IMG/VR virus record: IMGVR_UViG_3300033273_000833
Location: 139,068-203,067 of that record
Length of the DNA stretch: 64,000 nucleotides
From: a virus
Taxonomy: Duplodnaviria > Caudoviricetes
Strand: one strand, 5' to 3'
Below, piece by piece: positions 33,095-43,411 of this stretch. Numbering within the stretch: the stretch's first letter is position 1; each line of letters starts with the position of its first letter. The notes below the pieces were generated by a model. It saw only the letters and a program-made list of their open reading frames with translations, was not told the origin of the DNA and made no database searches. The position numbers were made by a program, and so were the translations under genes.

Positions 33095-34731
33095 ATTTTT
33101 TCCAACTCTTTAATTCTTTTTTCTTGATCTTTTATACACTCTATTAGTAATGGTATTATACTATTATATTTTACACTTTTAAAGCCATTTTCTTTATCTT
33201 TGACGGCTTCTGGCAAAACAAGCTCTACTTCTTGAGCAAGCACACCGTAATCTTTACCAGAATATTTTGGCTGCATTTCTTCTTTCCAGTCAAAAGATAT
33301 TCCATTTATTTGTTCTATTTTATTTATCGGACTATCTATTGTTTGGATGTTTTCCTTAAGTCTTTGGTCAGAGGCGCTATAGTATGCAACAACATCATTA
33401 TAACAGAGCAGGTCTCCACTGGCGTCAATTTCCACGCTCTTGCTTCCTGATGTATAGAAACATATACTATCCAAATCTGGGCTTTCTTCTGTTGTTATAT
33501 AAGTATCATTGTCTGCATCAGATATACCTGTTAATAAGTCTATGGTTGCGAAATCTCCCGTTTGACCCGTAGTGACGAAAACGCCAGTTTCTCCAGTTGT
33601 CACAAAATCCCCTGTTAAGCCAGTAGTGACAAAGTCTCCTGTTTGAGCTGTAGTAACGAAAATGCCAGTTTCTCCAGTGGTCACAAAATCCCCTGTTAAG
33701 CCAGTAGTGATAAAGTCTCCTGTTTGAGCTGTAGTAACGAAAATGCCAGTTTCTCCAGTGGTCACAAAATCCCCTGTCAAGCCAGTAGTAACGAAGTCTC
33801 CCGTTTGACCCGTAGTGACAAACACGCCAGTTTCTCCAGTAGTTACAAAATCTCCTGTCAGGTCAGTAGTAACGAAGTCTCCCGTTTGACTCGTAGTGAC
33901 AAATACACCAGTTTCACTATCAGTTACAAAATGACCTGTCTCAACTCCAGTTAATACAGTCAAACCACTAATTGTCAGCTCTTGACTGAAGTTTCCTATT
34001 TGCCCTGTGATAGTATCGAAAACTCCACTAGTTCCTTTGAATTTATACCCACTAATGTCACCCGTAACAGAAACATCAGTTACAGACTCTACAAATGTTT
34101 CTCCCGTAACATATAGATTTCCTCCAATAGCTAAATCTCCAGTAACTCTAAAATCATGAAAAAATCCACTGACGCCACTCAATTGCTCTTCTGAATATAT
34201 TAAATTAGAGCTTCCGTTGAATGATGAACCGCTTTTGTATTGAATTGAGTAATTAGGTCCACTAACGGTTGCTGTTGAGTTAGAAAATGGAGCCCATGCA
34301 TTATTCGTGTAGCCTTCAAATTGGCTTAGTTCTGTATTGTATCTTATTAAACCGTCTGCAGCGAACGGTCTTTGGGCAGATGATCCCGCAGGCAACTTAA
34401 TGCCGTCAGATGTAAAAACTCCTAGTCCGCAGTTTGTTGAGACGGGAGCATTTAATGGGTTTATATTGATGCCTGATTTATTGAAATTTACAGAAGTTAT
34501 TCCGCTACAACTTATGGACGCAGTGTCGTCTCCAGTATGAACACTAAATTTTGTGTCGCCGTCTTGATCTTCTATTTCTATATACTGCTTTAATTTGCTT
34601 ATAGATATTTTAGAAGTTCTTGGAACATTGGCGGTTTCAGCTCCTGATTCAGTTATGACTAAAAAATCAGTTGATTCATTTGTGAAATCATCTGAAAACG
34701 TAGGTAAACCTCTTATTTTAACATTAGCCAT
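33076..34731 (-). CDS. Tail fibre with C-terminal peptidase S74 intramolecular chaperone
   Basis: SDQRLKENIQ...INGISFDWK...GVLAQEVE...VKYNSIIPLLIECIK; GLIRYNTELSQFEGY shaft motif. Confidence 0.9.
   Translation of the reverse strand: MANVKIRGLPTFSDDFTNESTDFLVITESGAETANVPRTSKISISKLKQYIEIEDQDGDTKFSVHTGDDTASISCSGITSVNFNKSGININPLNAPVSTNCGLGVFTSDGIKLPAGSSAQRPFAADGLIRYNTELSQFEGYTNNAWAPFSNSTATVSGPNYSIQYKSGSSFNGSSNLIYSEEQLSGVSGFFHDFRVTGDLAIGGNLYVTGETFVESVTDVSVTGDISGYKFKGTSGVFDTITGQIGNFSQELTISGLTVLTGVETGHFVTDSETGVFVTTSQTGDFVTTDLTGDFVTTGETGVFVTTGQTGDFVTTGLTGDFVTTGETGIFVTTAQTGDFITTGLTGDFVTTGETGIFVTTAQTGDFVTTGLTGDFVTTGETGVFVTTGQTGDFATIDLLTGISDADNDTYITTEESPDLDSICFYTSGSKSVEIDASGDLLCYNDVVAYYSASDQRLKENIQTIDSPINKIEQINGISFDWKEEMQPKYSGKDYGVLAQEVELVLPEAVKDKENGFKSVKYNSIIPLLIECIKDQEKRIKELEKICQSKA
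33545..33950 (-). repeat. In-frame 81-bp tandem repeat (3 x 9-aa TTGxTGxFV)
   Basis: TCTCC anchor at 33554, 33635, 33716, 33797 and 33878. Confidence 0.9.
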
Positions 34732-34743
34732 ATATAGTATATA

Positions 34744-34977
34744 TTACACTTTTACAATTGATCCATTTTTATAATAAAGTTTTTCTTTATCGTCACTTTT
34801 ATTTCGTATAATATTTTCTACATTAATATATTCAGAGTCATCTACTACTACAACTTTTATTTCGTCTTTATTGTGTGATTTATCTATATATTGTATAGCA
34901 TCTAATCTTGGCTTTTTTGATTCAGCTGGAAATGCAAAAATAATTTGATCGTTTTTGTTTATAAATAAATGTATCAC
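34744..34977 (-). CDS. Small protein, putative fibre assembly chaperone
   Basis: Between the adhesin and fibre genes; ends GTG-TAA, which is also the next gene's promoter motif. Confidence 0.45.
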   Translation of the reverse strand: MIHLFINKNDQIIFAFPAESKKPRLDAIQYIDKSHNKDEIKVVVVDDSEYINVENIIRNKSDDKEKLYYKNGSIVKV

Positions 34978-35984
34978 CCTATTACTCCTTTTAGTGTTGC
35001 AGATCCAAAAGTCCCGTTGTATAAACTGCTTGAATTGATTGTGAAACCGTTTTTTCTTAACAAATATCCAGCAGCTCCTCCACTTGCGGCGTTACCAAAT
35101 CCTGCCTTCGCCAGATTTCCTCCAGGCATTGGAGCATACATATCTTGCGAAAAAGTGGATCCTGGAGAGCCTCCAGTCGTGCTTGTTCCAGCGCTTCCAT
35201 TTGCGTTGCCTAAGCCTCCTTGCCCAGGAAGGATACCAGCTCCCCCGCCTCCACCGCTGTAAAGAGATCCTGAACCTCCTCCACCTCCTCCAAAGATGCT
35301 TCCACCATTATTTTCTATATAAATTCCATATTGCAAGCTAATTGCATCCCCACCATCTTTTCCATTTACGTCTGTGTTATAATTTAGCGCATTTCCACCA
35401 TCCCCGCCTGCAGCTGAAATTATACCTTCGTTGATAACTTTTACATAAGAGTTATTCTCCCAGCCAGTTCCCGTTTGCAGTGCTGGTACGCTACTATCTT
35501 TAGAATAAATTATTCCTTTATTTATAAAAATTAAAGCCTCTGCCTCTGTAGTATAACCTCTTGTCTGATATAAAAGCGATCTTAAATTAACATTTGCTAG
35601 CGAGGTTTCATTGACAATATGTATGGCTACAATTGATGTAGATCCAGTTTCATCGTCGCTCACTAAATTATCTCCGTCGTCTGTTGTTAGCCAGCCGTCA
35701 TAAGATTGCTCTAAAAGAGTGGGATAATCTCCTTCTCCATCTGCAATAATATAGTACCCAGGATTTGCGTCCATAAATTCAAATTCAGAAAATTTAAAAT
35801 CTGAACCTAATGTAAATGGGCTTAAGGTTTCGCCAGCATCTCCTATTCTTGGAAAAGATGAATTAAAGGCGAAATTAGAAACATCTCTTGTTGATATAGA
35901 GCTTGTTAAGGGAATTCCTCCCGCCTCTCCTCTTATCCTGCTTAGTGATATCGGGCCTGTAGTCTTTGAGTTTATGCGGGTCAT
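34974..35984 (-). CDS. T-even gp38-like glycine-rich receptor-binding adhesin
   Basis: GPISLSRI N-terminus; INEGIISAAGGDGG...GGDAI...NNGGSIFGGGGGG Gly-rich segments. Confidence 0.75.
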   Translation of the reverse strand: MTRINSKTTGPISLSRIRGEAGGIPLTSSISTRDVSNFAFNSSFPRIGDAGETLSPFTLGSDFKFSEFEFMDANPGYYIIADGEGDYPTLLEQSYDGWLTTDDGDNLVSDDETGSTSIVAIHIVNETSLANVNLRSLLYQTRGYTTEAEALIFINKGIIYSKDSSVPALQTGTGWENNSYVKVINEGIISAAGGDGGNALNYNTDVNGKDGGDAISLQYGIYIENNGGSIFGGGGGGSGSLYSGGGGGAGILPGQGGLGNANGSAGTSTTGGSPGSTFSQDMYAPMPGGNLAKAGFGNAASGGAAGYLLRKNGFTINSSSLYNGTFGSATLKGVIG

Positions 35985-36589
35985 AATAGCTGGGTATAAG
36001 AGCCATAGTTTTGTGGACTAACAATGCTTCCATTGTTGATTAAAATGATTTCAGAACTTGCGGGCCAGCTAGATTGCTGCAAATGTATATTATTAATATT
36101 TCCGTTATTTGTGAACTCAAAGAAAATTCTTGAATATGGATAACCAAAATTTCTGCAAAATTCTGCAAAAAGATAAATGTCTCCAGTGTCGCTGTTGTTT
36201 TCGGCTTTATGTTTTATTATAGTTTCATCCCCAACTTTATCATCGGTCCTTAATGCTCTTCCATTGTCGTCTGTGATTAAAAAAGCGCCAGTATCTTTTA
36301 TTCTGCTAGAATGAGCTTGCGCTCCGTCTTTAAATTCAGAAATCAAAAAATTATTATCATCATAACCATCAAATTGATAAAATTCAGAAAATTTAATGTT
36401 TGAAGATCTGCCTGGTATAATTTGGCCATATTCGTCTACAAAATTTGGGGCAGATACGTCTCCTGTTCTGTATGGATCCGAAGATTTGTCTCTTACAAAT
36501 TGATCTTGTTTTGATATGTTGCCGTATCCGTATGAACTCTCGCCTATAATTTCACTCAATGAAATTGGGCCTGATCCTGGCAGTGTCAT
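35981..36589 (-). CDS. Truncated gp38-like paralog
   Basis: MTLPGSGPISLSEI...KFSEF, and ends at IILINNGSI, where the full paralog begins its Gly-rich part. Confidence 0.6.
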   Translation of the reverse strand: MTLPGSGPISLSEIIGESSYGYGNISKQDQFVRDKSSDPYRTGDVSAPNFVDEYGQIIPGRSSNIKFSEFYQFDGYDDNNFLISEFKDGAQAHSSRIKDTGAFLITDDNGRALRTDDKVGDETIIKHKAENNSDTGDIYLFAEFCRNFGYPYSRIFFEFTNNGNINNIHLQQSSWPASSEIILINNGSIVSPQNYGSYTQLL

Positions 36590-37368
36590 TTTATTTTACT
36601 CTTTAATTCGTCAATTTGTTTTTGTTGATCTTTAATAGCTTCAATCAGTAGTCCAATTATGTTTTGGTAGGCAACAGCTTTTTTGCCTTCAGGTAAATCT
36701 TTAACTACTTCTGGGATAACTTGTTCAACTTCTTGCGCAACTAGACCCATGTGAATTTTTTCTTTGTCTTCAGAATCTTTTCTCGTATACAAACGCCCAT
36801 TGAGTCTTTTAACTTTTTGGATAGCATGAGGGATTGGTCTTATGTTATCTTTTACAGAAACGTCAGAGAAAGCAACAATATCATTTGACGCATAAATAGA
36901 TGTAGTCCCTACTACATTATGTACTTCAAGGGCTCCCAGAATGTTATTTCCGATTGAGGAAGATTCAATATCTGCTGATCCGTTTTGACCTATAGAGACA
37001 TGATTGTTAAAACCAACATTTTCATCAAATACTTTTGCTGCCGTAATATCTTGGGCTGTATTTACCGTAACAAAATTATTACCTAGATTTGTAAGCGCAG
37101 ATGTGTTTGCGTCTATGTCTGAAATCAGATTCGTAAATATATTACCAGTTCCTCCTACTGTGATATCATTAGTTGATTCCAGGTCGGTTGTAGTTACTGA
37201 CAGAGGAGAAATATTAACATCTCCATTTTGAATCATGGCTCCTTCTAAATTTGAAAAGGTAGTTTGTTTTGTTTCATCCGCGCTTGAGTCTACAACCACA
37301 AACAAGTCTGCGGTAGCTATTTCGTCGTAAGCTAAAGAATTTAGATCTGAAATTTTACTTTCTGCCAT
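36586..37368 (-). CDS. Short tail fibre with S74 chaperone domain
   Basis: MAESKISDL start; SDVSVKDNI...LNGRLY...GLVAQEVE...VAYQNIIGLLIEAIK. Confidence 0.9.
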   Translation of the reverse strand: MAESKISDLNSLAYDEIATADLFVVVDSSADETKQTTFSNLEGAMIQNGDVNISPLSVTTTDLESTNDITVGGTGNIFTNLISDIDANTSALTNLGNNFVTVNTAQDITAAKVFDENVGFNNHVSIGQNGSADIESSSIGNNILGALEVHNVVGTTSIYASNDIVAFSDVSVKDNIRPIPHAIQKVKRLNGRLYTRKDSEDKEKIHMGLVAQEVEQVIPEVVKDLPEGKKAVAYQNIIGLLIEAIKDQQKQIDELKSKIK

Positions 37369-37384
37369 ATATTATATTACACTT

Positions 37385-40300
37385 TTAATTATTGTCTTCT
37401 AATAAAATAATACCTGAGTTTTGTTGTAAAATTGGAGATTCGTCTTGTTGTAAAAGAGCTTTGGAACTAGAAAAATCAAATACTGCAGACTCGCATGATT
37501 CTCCAGATTCATTTTCAGCAACGCCTATTGCGTAGTATTGAGCTCCAGGAGATAAGGATGAAAGATTAACTGAGTTCGACTCAAAATCATCTTCGAAATA
37601 TAAATTATTTAAATTTTCATCTGTATAAACTCTTATAGTGTATTTCGATACTGTTGTAGATGAGTTTGATGTATTTTCTGAAAATGTGGATATAAAGTTT
37701 AATGTTATACCTGCTCCAGAAGCTCCATTGCTAACCGTAAAACCTGGTCTAAATGGTTTTGTTAGTACAGTAATTATATTAGAGCTTAAGGAGTCTCCTT
37801 CTGCGTTATAAGATCTGACTCTATAATAATATAATGTTCCCGTCGAAAGATTTTTAATATCTAAAGAGTTTGACGATCCACCTGAAACTTCATAGTTTTC
37901 TAGATATATCTCAGATCCTCCAGAGTCTTGAACGCTTGAGAAAGTTGAAAAGTCGGAATTTTCTGATAAGTCAATATAATATCCAGATGCTCCTGCTTGC
38001 GCATTCCAATTGATAGTAAATGATGCTGCGGTTGCTGAAAAGGTATGACCTGTTTCGCTGCAGTCAACGTTGTTGTTTGTTGCGGCTGTAGCCGTTGGAG
38101 AAGAAACTATTAGAGTTGTTGTTTGTACCGATGACGCTCCGCAGGTTAGATCTAGGGAATTATAAGCTTCTACTTTTGAGTAATAAACATTTTGAGTTAA
38201 GCCATCAACCGAAATATTGTTCGTAAAAACATCTATTCCGTCATAAGAGGCTAATACCGTAGAAAAATCAGAAACTTCGGATAAGTAAAATTTAAAATAA
38301 CTAACTCCATCTGGGTATGACCAGCTGGCTGTAAAAGAGGTGGCTGCAATTTGAGAAGAAATTCTGGTTGTTGGTACTTCTGGTGGTGTTATAATAATTA
38401 TTTCGGAGGCAGACCCTTCTCCGCAATCGTTATACGGTACAATTTTTACATAATAAGTTGTACCCTTCGAGAGGTTGCATATTTCATGAGTGGTATCAGA
38501 TTGCGAAATTTCTTTGTGGCCATAATCTGCGATAGTATCTGTAAAGCTTGAATCCGTAGCAACGTATAATTTGTAACCATTGACTCCTGTTGAGGAGTCC
38601 CAAGCGATATCGGCGCAATTATCACAACCAATATCGGTATACCTAAAATTCGAAACCTCGTTGGGTATTGTTATTATATATTCTGAATTAGAATAAGATG
38701 TTTCAGAATCTTTATTTTTGGCCTTAATCCGAAAATAATAAGTAGTACCGCCTAATAAACCAGTAAATACAATTGACGTTGAGGCTGTAGAGTGTGATGT
38801 ATCAAAACCATTTACGAAAGAAGAAAACGATGATGATGTTGAAAGATTAACTTCGTAAGAAGTTGCGTTTTGACTAGCTATCCAATCAAGAGTAAACCCA
38901 AAAGATGTATCAGTATAATTACAGTTAGAAGTTTCTATACCAGTAACTGCAGAGGGAGCTGACGAATTTGTTGTAAGAGAAATTGATGAAGATTTTGCAC
39001 CTTCTCCACATGAAGAATTAGAAGCTGATACTCTGATGTAATAATTTGAATCTTGCTGTATTCCCGTTGTAAAAGTAGTGCTAGTTAAGGCTGTTGTTAC
39101 GCTTTCGAGCACTGAGCTAAAATTTGGGTTTGTGGAAATGTCAACTATATACTGATTCGCGGATGCAGAACTATCCCATGTTGCAGTAATTGACGTGTCA
39201 GAAAAAGATGATATCGATAGATTCGATGGAGCTGCTGGCTTTGTGGTGACATAGAGAGGACTAGATTCTGAAGAAAGGCCATATTCATTTCCAGCTTGAA
39301 CTGTAACCCTGTATTGGGTGCCGTCTAATAAATTATTAAACTTAACAGAGTTCTGATAGGAATTGACAAACGTAATTAAGTTTGCGTTAATATATAAATT
39401 TACTCGATAGTAATCTGCGCTAGATGTAGCAGTCCAATCAACTTCAAACCCTCCTAGAAAACAATCTACTTTCGATAAGCCTACAACCGAAGACGCTAAA
39501 GATTTTGTAGTAAAATCCTGTACACTTGAGGCTTGGCTTTCTCCGCACCCATCGTTTTCTGATTTAATATAAATAAAATATTTTTGATCAGAATCTAGTC
39601 CATTTATTGTATATGCAGTATCAGTTGTAGATATTTCTGAATAAGTAGATACTCCATCTTTTCTATAAAAAATTATGTAATTACTTGCTGATTGTACTGA
39701 ATTCCAAGATAAGGAAACTGAATCAATTGAAGTTGAATTAATATTCAAACTTGGAGTTTGTGGGAAAGTTAGAAAGTTTTTAGAAGGAGAATACTCTGAA
39801 TACCCAAAACTATTTTTAGATCTTACCTTATAATGATATTTTTTTCCAGGATCTAGATTGGTTATAACCTCAGAGGTAGATGAGGTTAAGAATCCTTGCG
39901 TATAACCACCTTCGAAAAATGAGAAATTAGGATCTTCTGATAATACTAAATTATACTCACTGGCATTAGCTGCAGCATTCCAGGAAGCGGTTATTCCATA
40001 ATAAGAACAATTTGCCGAACTAAGCCCTGCGGGCGTTGACGGCATGGATGCTGTAAGGACATTAACGCTTGATGAATTTAAGCTTAATCCGCATCCTAAA
40101 TTTTTAGCCCTAGCTCTTATGTAGTATCTTGTGTTTGAGGATAGACCGTTGACTGAGATTGTCGTATCTGTTGTTTCTTTGGATTGAAAATCATCAATAA
40201 AGCTAGAAAAAGTTGAGCTTGTTGAAATATCTACCTCATAGGAAATTACTGAATTCGGTTCCGATAAAGAAATTTGAAAACTATCAGCCGTAATATTATC

Positions 40301-43300
40301 GGTAGTTATTGTTGGGGCTGAGGGAGCCATTTGTACAGACTCTGGATCAGAATATTCAGATGAGCCATATTGATTATAAGCTTTAATTCTGTAATAATAT
40401 TTTGTGCCCGCAGTTAAGTTTGTTATATCCAAAGATGATGAGCTTGTTCTGAATGAAGTATTGTAAGATCCTATAAAAGACGAAAAATTAATATCCGTAG
40501 ATAAATTGAATTCATATTCGGTAGAATTTGGGTCTTCTCCCCAAGAAGCTGTAAATCCATAATAAGTACAGTTAGAAGGGGGGTTTAAGCCTTTTAATGA
40601 AGACTTGGATGGAGTTATTAAAGATGCTATACTGCTATAAGGACTCTTTCCGCAATCTCCATTAGAAGACCTGACTCTAAAATAATACTCTGTTTTTTCT
40701 TGCAAATTAGACAAAGAAATAGAAGTGTTAGACAATTCTATTCCAGCATAGTTATCGATCAATGGACTCATTGTTTCTGATTTTGATAAATCAAAAATAT
40801 ATTTTATACCCGATCCCGCAGAGTTCCACAAGACATTGAAAGAATTAGGAGTAGCAGAAGAGGTCCGTACATTTGTAGGAGTGGGAGGGGCAGTACAATC
40901 GCTTCCTGTTATAGAATTTTCTGATATACCACAATCATTTACAGCCCTTATTCTATATATATAATTTTGTCCAGCGGTCAAGCCTACGACTTTTAAACTG
41001 TTATTATTTACAGACTTAGAATTATAATTTATTAAATTTGGATTAAAATTATTAGATTCGAGTGAAACATCAACTTCATAACTTTCTGCTCCGTCAACGT
41101 CGTTCCATTTTATAAGTATAGATGTCTGCTCTGTTGTTGGAGATTCGATGAGTAGAGGGGGCGGAGGTATTGTTACTTTATATTTATCGTCAGAATAATC
41201 ACCTGAGCCTGTTGCGTTAATAGCTCTTACTCTGTACCAGTATCTGGTTCCTGCTAGTAAATTAGAAATAACATAACTATTTGTAGAAGATGTTTTTGTT
41301 GTATTGTAAATCGGAAAGCCATTTGAGTCAATAGAATTAGTATATTGTATTTCATACTGCGAAGTTCCGTCTAGGTCTGGCCAGGAAAGCTTGAATCCAT
41401 AAAGGGTGCATGTGTCTGCCGTAATGTTTTTAACTTTATCTGGTATTAGCGTGATTGTTTCAGGTGATGTTCCAGATGTTTCTCCGCAATCGTTTTCTAC
41501 ATGCAATACAACAGAATATGTACCTCCTTTGTTTAGTCCAGTTACCTCCATTGAGGTATGATCAGTTCTCTTTCGGTTATATTGAGAAAGAGGGGTTGAT
41601 GATCCTGAAGGGTAAACTGAAACCATGTAACCATCATTTAATTTAGAAGGATCCCAGCTTAGCATAAACTCTGTCTCTAGGATATTTGAAAAAGTAATGT
41701 TTGTTGGCTTTGGTGGGCGGCTTTGTGTTTTTGAAATAGCGGAATTAGAACTAGAGCCAGAATTATTGACCGCTCTTACTCGTGAGTAAAAATTAGTTCC
41801 AGCTTCTAGCTCTTGTATTAAGTAGCTATTTTGTGTTACAAGATAGGAGTCTAACACTAAATTGTCAAAATTAGGATCGTCAGATAAATCTATGAGGTAA
41901 TGATTTGACCCTTTAGAGTTAGTCCAATTTAATCTAAAACCAAAGCTTGGAGTGTCTTGACAGTCTGAGAATCCAGTAATTATAGGGTCGGCTGGGATTG
42001 TTATTGTTTCCACTACATTAGACCAGTCAGAAATCTCTCCATTTTCATTTTTTGATCTTATGCGATAATAATAAACTGTTCCTGCTTCTAGACCGCATAA
42101 TTCATATGAATGCAGAATTTGTTCATTACTATCCCCTTGAAAAGGCATTCGGTCAAGAACTTTATTATTTATGTTAAAATAAGGATCCTCTTTTGATACA
42201 TCAATTTCATATTCATGATCAATTATATGCCCTTTCCAGTTTAATGTTAAGCACTCTTGTTGGTGATTTGTTGGTAGCTTTGCCTGAGGTATATAAACAG
42301 GCATAGTCGGTTCTTTACATTCTTTAATTTCTGTAACTGGTGGAACTTCAAAATCTCCTGTTAATTTGCCAGATATAATCGACTCATCAAGAAAATTGTA
42401 ATAACCTTTGTAACTTAGGGAAATTTCTAATTGTTCGTTAGCTGAAGCTGTAATATTTTCTGCAAGAAGTCTAGCATTAGGTATATTGTATGACCCTATA
42501 ACAGATGTATTGTCTGAATTTTTAACTAAAATTGTTAAGTCTTTTTTGTGTGGACTTGTTTGCTGAATGAGGTAGTCAAAGACATTTTTAGCTTCATAAT
42601 CATCTATATGTAAAACAATTTCAGCATTAACTTCATATGGAGGTATGGCTTGAACTTCTACTGGTCTATCTCTACCAACAACATATACAGGCTCTCTTGG
42701 TGTAGAAAGGGAGTATGTGAAGCTCTGAACTCTATTAGTTTCGGTTCCAAATCCTGATACATGTATTGATCCTTGATCGGGTATTTGAATTATGTCCCCC
42801 TCTTCTTCGGGAAATAAAACAGGATCTGCAGGTATTGGGTGGTCGCCGTCTTGACTAATCCAATTAAAGTCTATCCAGTCTTTAGCGTCTAGTTTTATTA
42901 CTCCAGGATCTGTTGTGATTCCTGTAGTCAATATTCCTGTTTCTAATAGATTTTTAAATAAGCCTACCTCTGTGTGATCTAGAGTTGAGTTGTAATTTTT
43001 GACTGCATTCTTTTCAACCGTTCTGGACTTGCCCCCAATGTTTCCAAATACAACAATTTGAGATGATACATTTGGAATTGCACCTACAGAACAAGAAACA
43101 GAATACTCTTCAAGATATCCGCTGACAAAATCAAAACTTGTACCATTATAATAAATTCCACCGTTAAAACCACATTCTCCTGTATAATTTAGAAGAGGGT
43201 CTCTTGTAATTAAACTTCTTTCAATAGAAAAATTACCCTGTAGGGGAGCATTGACCAAGCTATCAAAGTACCCATGACCTAAAACGTTGAGGGGCTCTTC

Positions 43301-43396
43301 ATTAATCTGGTAGCCACCATCAATCGAAGTTACTCCAGAAACTTCGTAATGTTCTAGGAAAAACTTTTGTTCGTAATTGAAATTGGCTCCATTCAT
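37385..43396 (-). CDS. Tail-tube-like N-terminal domain fused to about 17 fibronectin type III domains
   Basis: N-terminal RVQSFTYSLSTPREPVYVVG tube motif; 17 counted W...LxxGTxYxxRVRAxN units. Confidence 0.88.
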   Translation of the reverse strand: MNGANFNYEQKFFLEHYEVSGVTSIDGGYQINEEPLNVLGHGYFDSLVNAPLQGNFSIERSLITRDPLLNYTGECGFNGGIYYNGTSFDFVSGYLEEYSVSCSVGAIPNVSSQIVVFGNIGGKSRTVEKNAVKNYNSTLDHTEVGLFKNLLETGILTTGITTDPGVIKLDAKDWIDFNWISQDGDHPIPADPVLFPEEEGDIIQIPDQGSIHVSGFGTETNRVQSFTYSLSTPREPVYVVGRDRPVEVQAIPPYEVNAEIVLHIDDYEAKNVFDYLIQQTSPHKKDLTILVKNSDNTSVIGSYNIPNARLLAENITASANEQLEISLSYKGYYNFLDESIISGKLTGDFEVPPVTEIKECKEPTMPVYIPQAKLPTNHQQECLTLNWKGHIIDHEYEIDVSKEDPYFNINNKVLDRMPFQGDSNEQILHSYELCGLEAGTVYYYRIRSKNENGEISDWSNVVETITIPADPIITGFSDCQDTPSFGFRLNWTNSKGSNHYLIDLSDDPNFDNLVLDSYLVTQNSYLIQELEAGTNFYSRVRAVNNSGSSSNSAISKTQSRPPKPTNITFSNILETEFMLSWDPSKLNDGYMVSVYPSGSSTPLSQYNRKRTDHTSMEVTGLNKGGTYSVVLHVENDCGETSGTSPETITLIPDKVKNITADTCTLYGFKLSWPDLDGTSQYEIQYTNSIDSNGFPIYNTTKTSSTNSYVISNLLAGTRYWYRVRAINATGSGDYSDDKYKVTIPPPPLLIESPTTEQTSILIKWNDVDGAESYEVDVSLESNNFNPNLINYNSKSVNNNSLKVVGLTAGQNYIYRIRAVNDCGISENSITGSDCTAPPTPTNVRTSSATPNSFNVLWNSAGSGIKYIFDLSKSETMSPLIDNYAGIELSNTSISLSNLQEKTEYYFRVRSSNGDCGKSPYSSIASLITPSKSSLKGLNPPSNCTYYGFTASWGEDPNSTEYEFNLSTDINFSSFIGSYNTSFRTSSSSLDITNLTAGTKYYYRIKAYNQYGSSEYSDPESVQMAPSAPTITTDNITADSFQISLSEPNSVISYEVDISTSSTFSSFIDDFQSKETTDTTISVNGLSSNTRYYIRARAKNLGCGLSLNSSSVNVLTASMPSTPAGLSSANCSYYGITASWNAAANASEYNLVLSEDPNFSFFEGGYTQGFLTSSTSEVITNLDPGKKYHYKVRSKNSFGYSEYSPSKNFLTFPQTPSLNINSTSIDSVSLSWNSVQSASNYIIFYRKDGVSTYSEISTTDTAYTINGLDSDQKYFIYIKSENDGCGESQASSVQDFTTKSLASSVVGLSKVDCFLGGFEVDWTATSSADYYRVNLYINANLITFVNSYQNSVKFNNLLDGTQYRVTVQAGNEYGLSSESSPLYVTTKPAAPSNLSISSFSDTSITATWDSSASANQYIVDISTNPNFSSVLESVTTALTSTTFTTGIQQDSNYYIRVSASNSSCGEGAKSSSISLTTNSSAPSAVTGIETSNCNYTDTSFGFTLDWIASQNATSYEVNLSTSSSFSSFVNGFDTSHSTASTSIVFTGLLGGTTYYFRIKAKNKDSETSYSNSEYIITIPNEVSNFRYTDIGCDNCADIAWDSSTGVNGYKLYVATDSSFTDTIADYGHKEISQSDTTHEICNLSKGTTYYVKIVPYNDCGEGSASEIIIITPPEVPTTRISSQIAATSFTASWSYPDGVSYFKFYLSEVSDFSTVLASYDGIDVFTNNISVDGLTQNVYYSKVEAYNSLDLTCGASSVQTTTLIVSSPTATAATNNNVDCSETGHTFSATAASFTINWNAQAGASGYYIDLSENSDFSTFSSVQDSGGSEIYLENYEVSGGSSNSLDIKNLSTGTLYYYRVRSYNAEGDSLSSNIITVLTKPFRPGFTVSNGASGAGITLNFISTFSENTSNSSTTVSKYTIRVYTDENLNNLYFEDDFESNSVNLSSLSPGAQYYAIGVAENESGESCESAVFDFSSSKALLQQDESPILQQNSGIILLEDNN

Positions 43397-43411
43397 TACT
43401 TATTATATGTA

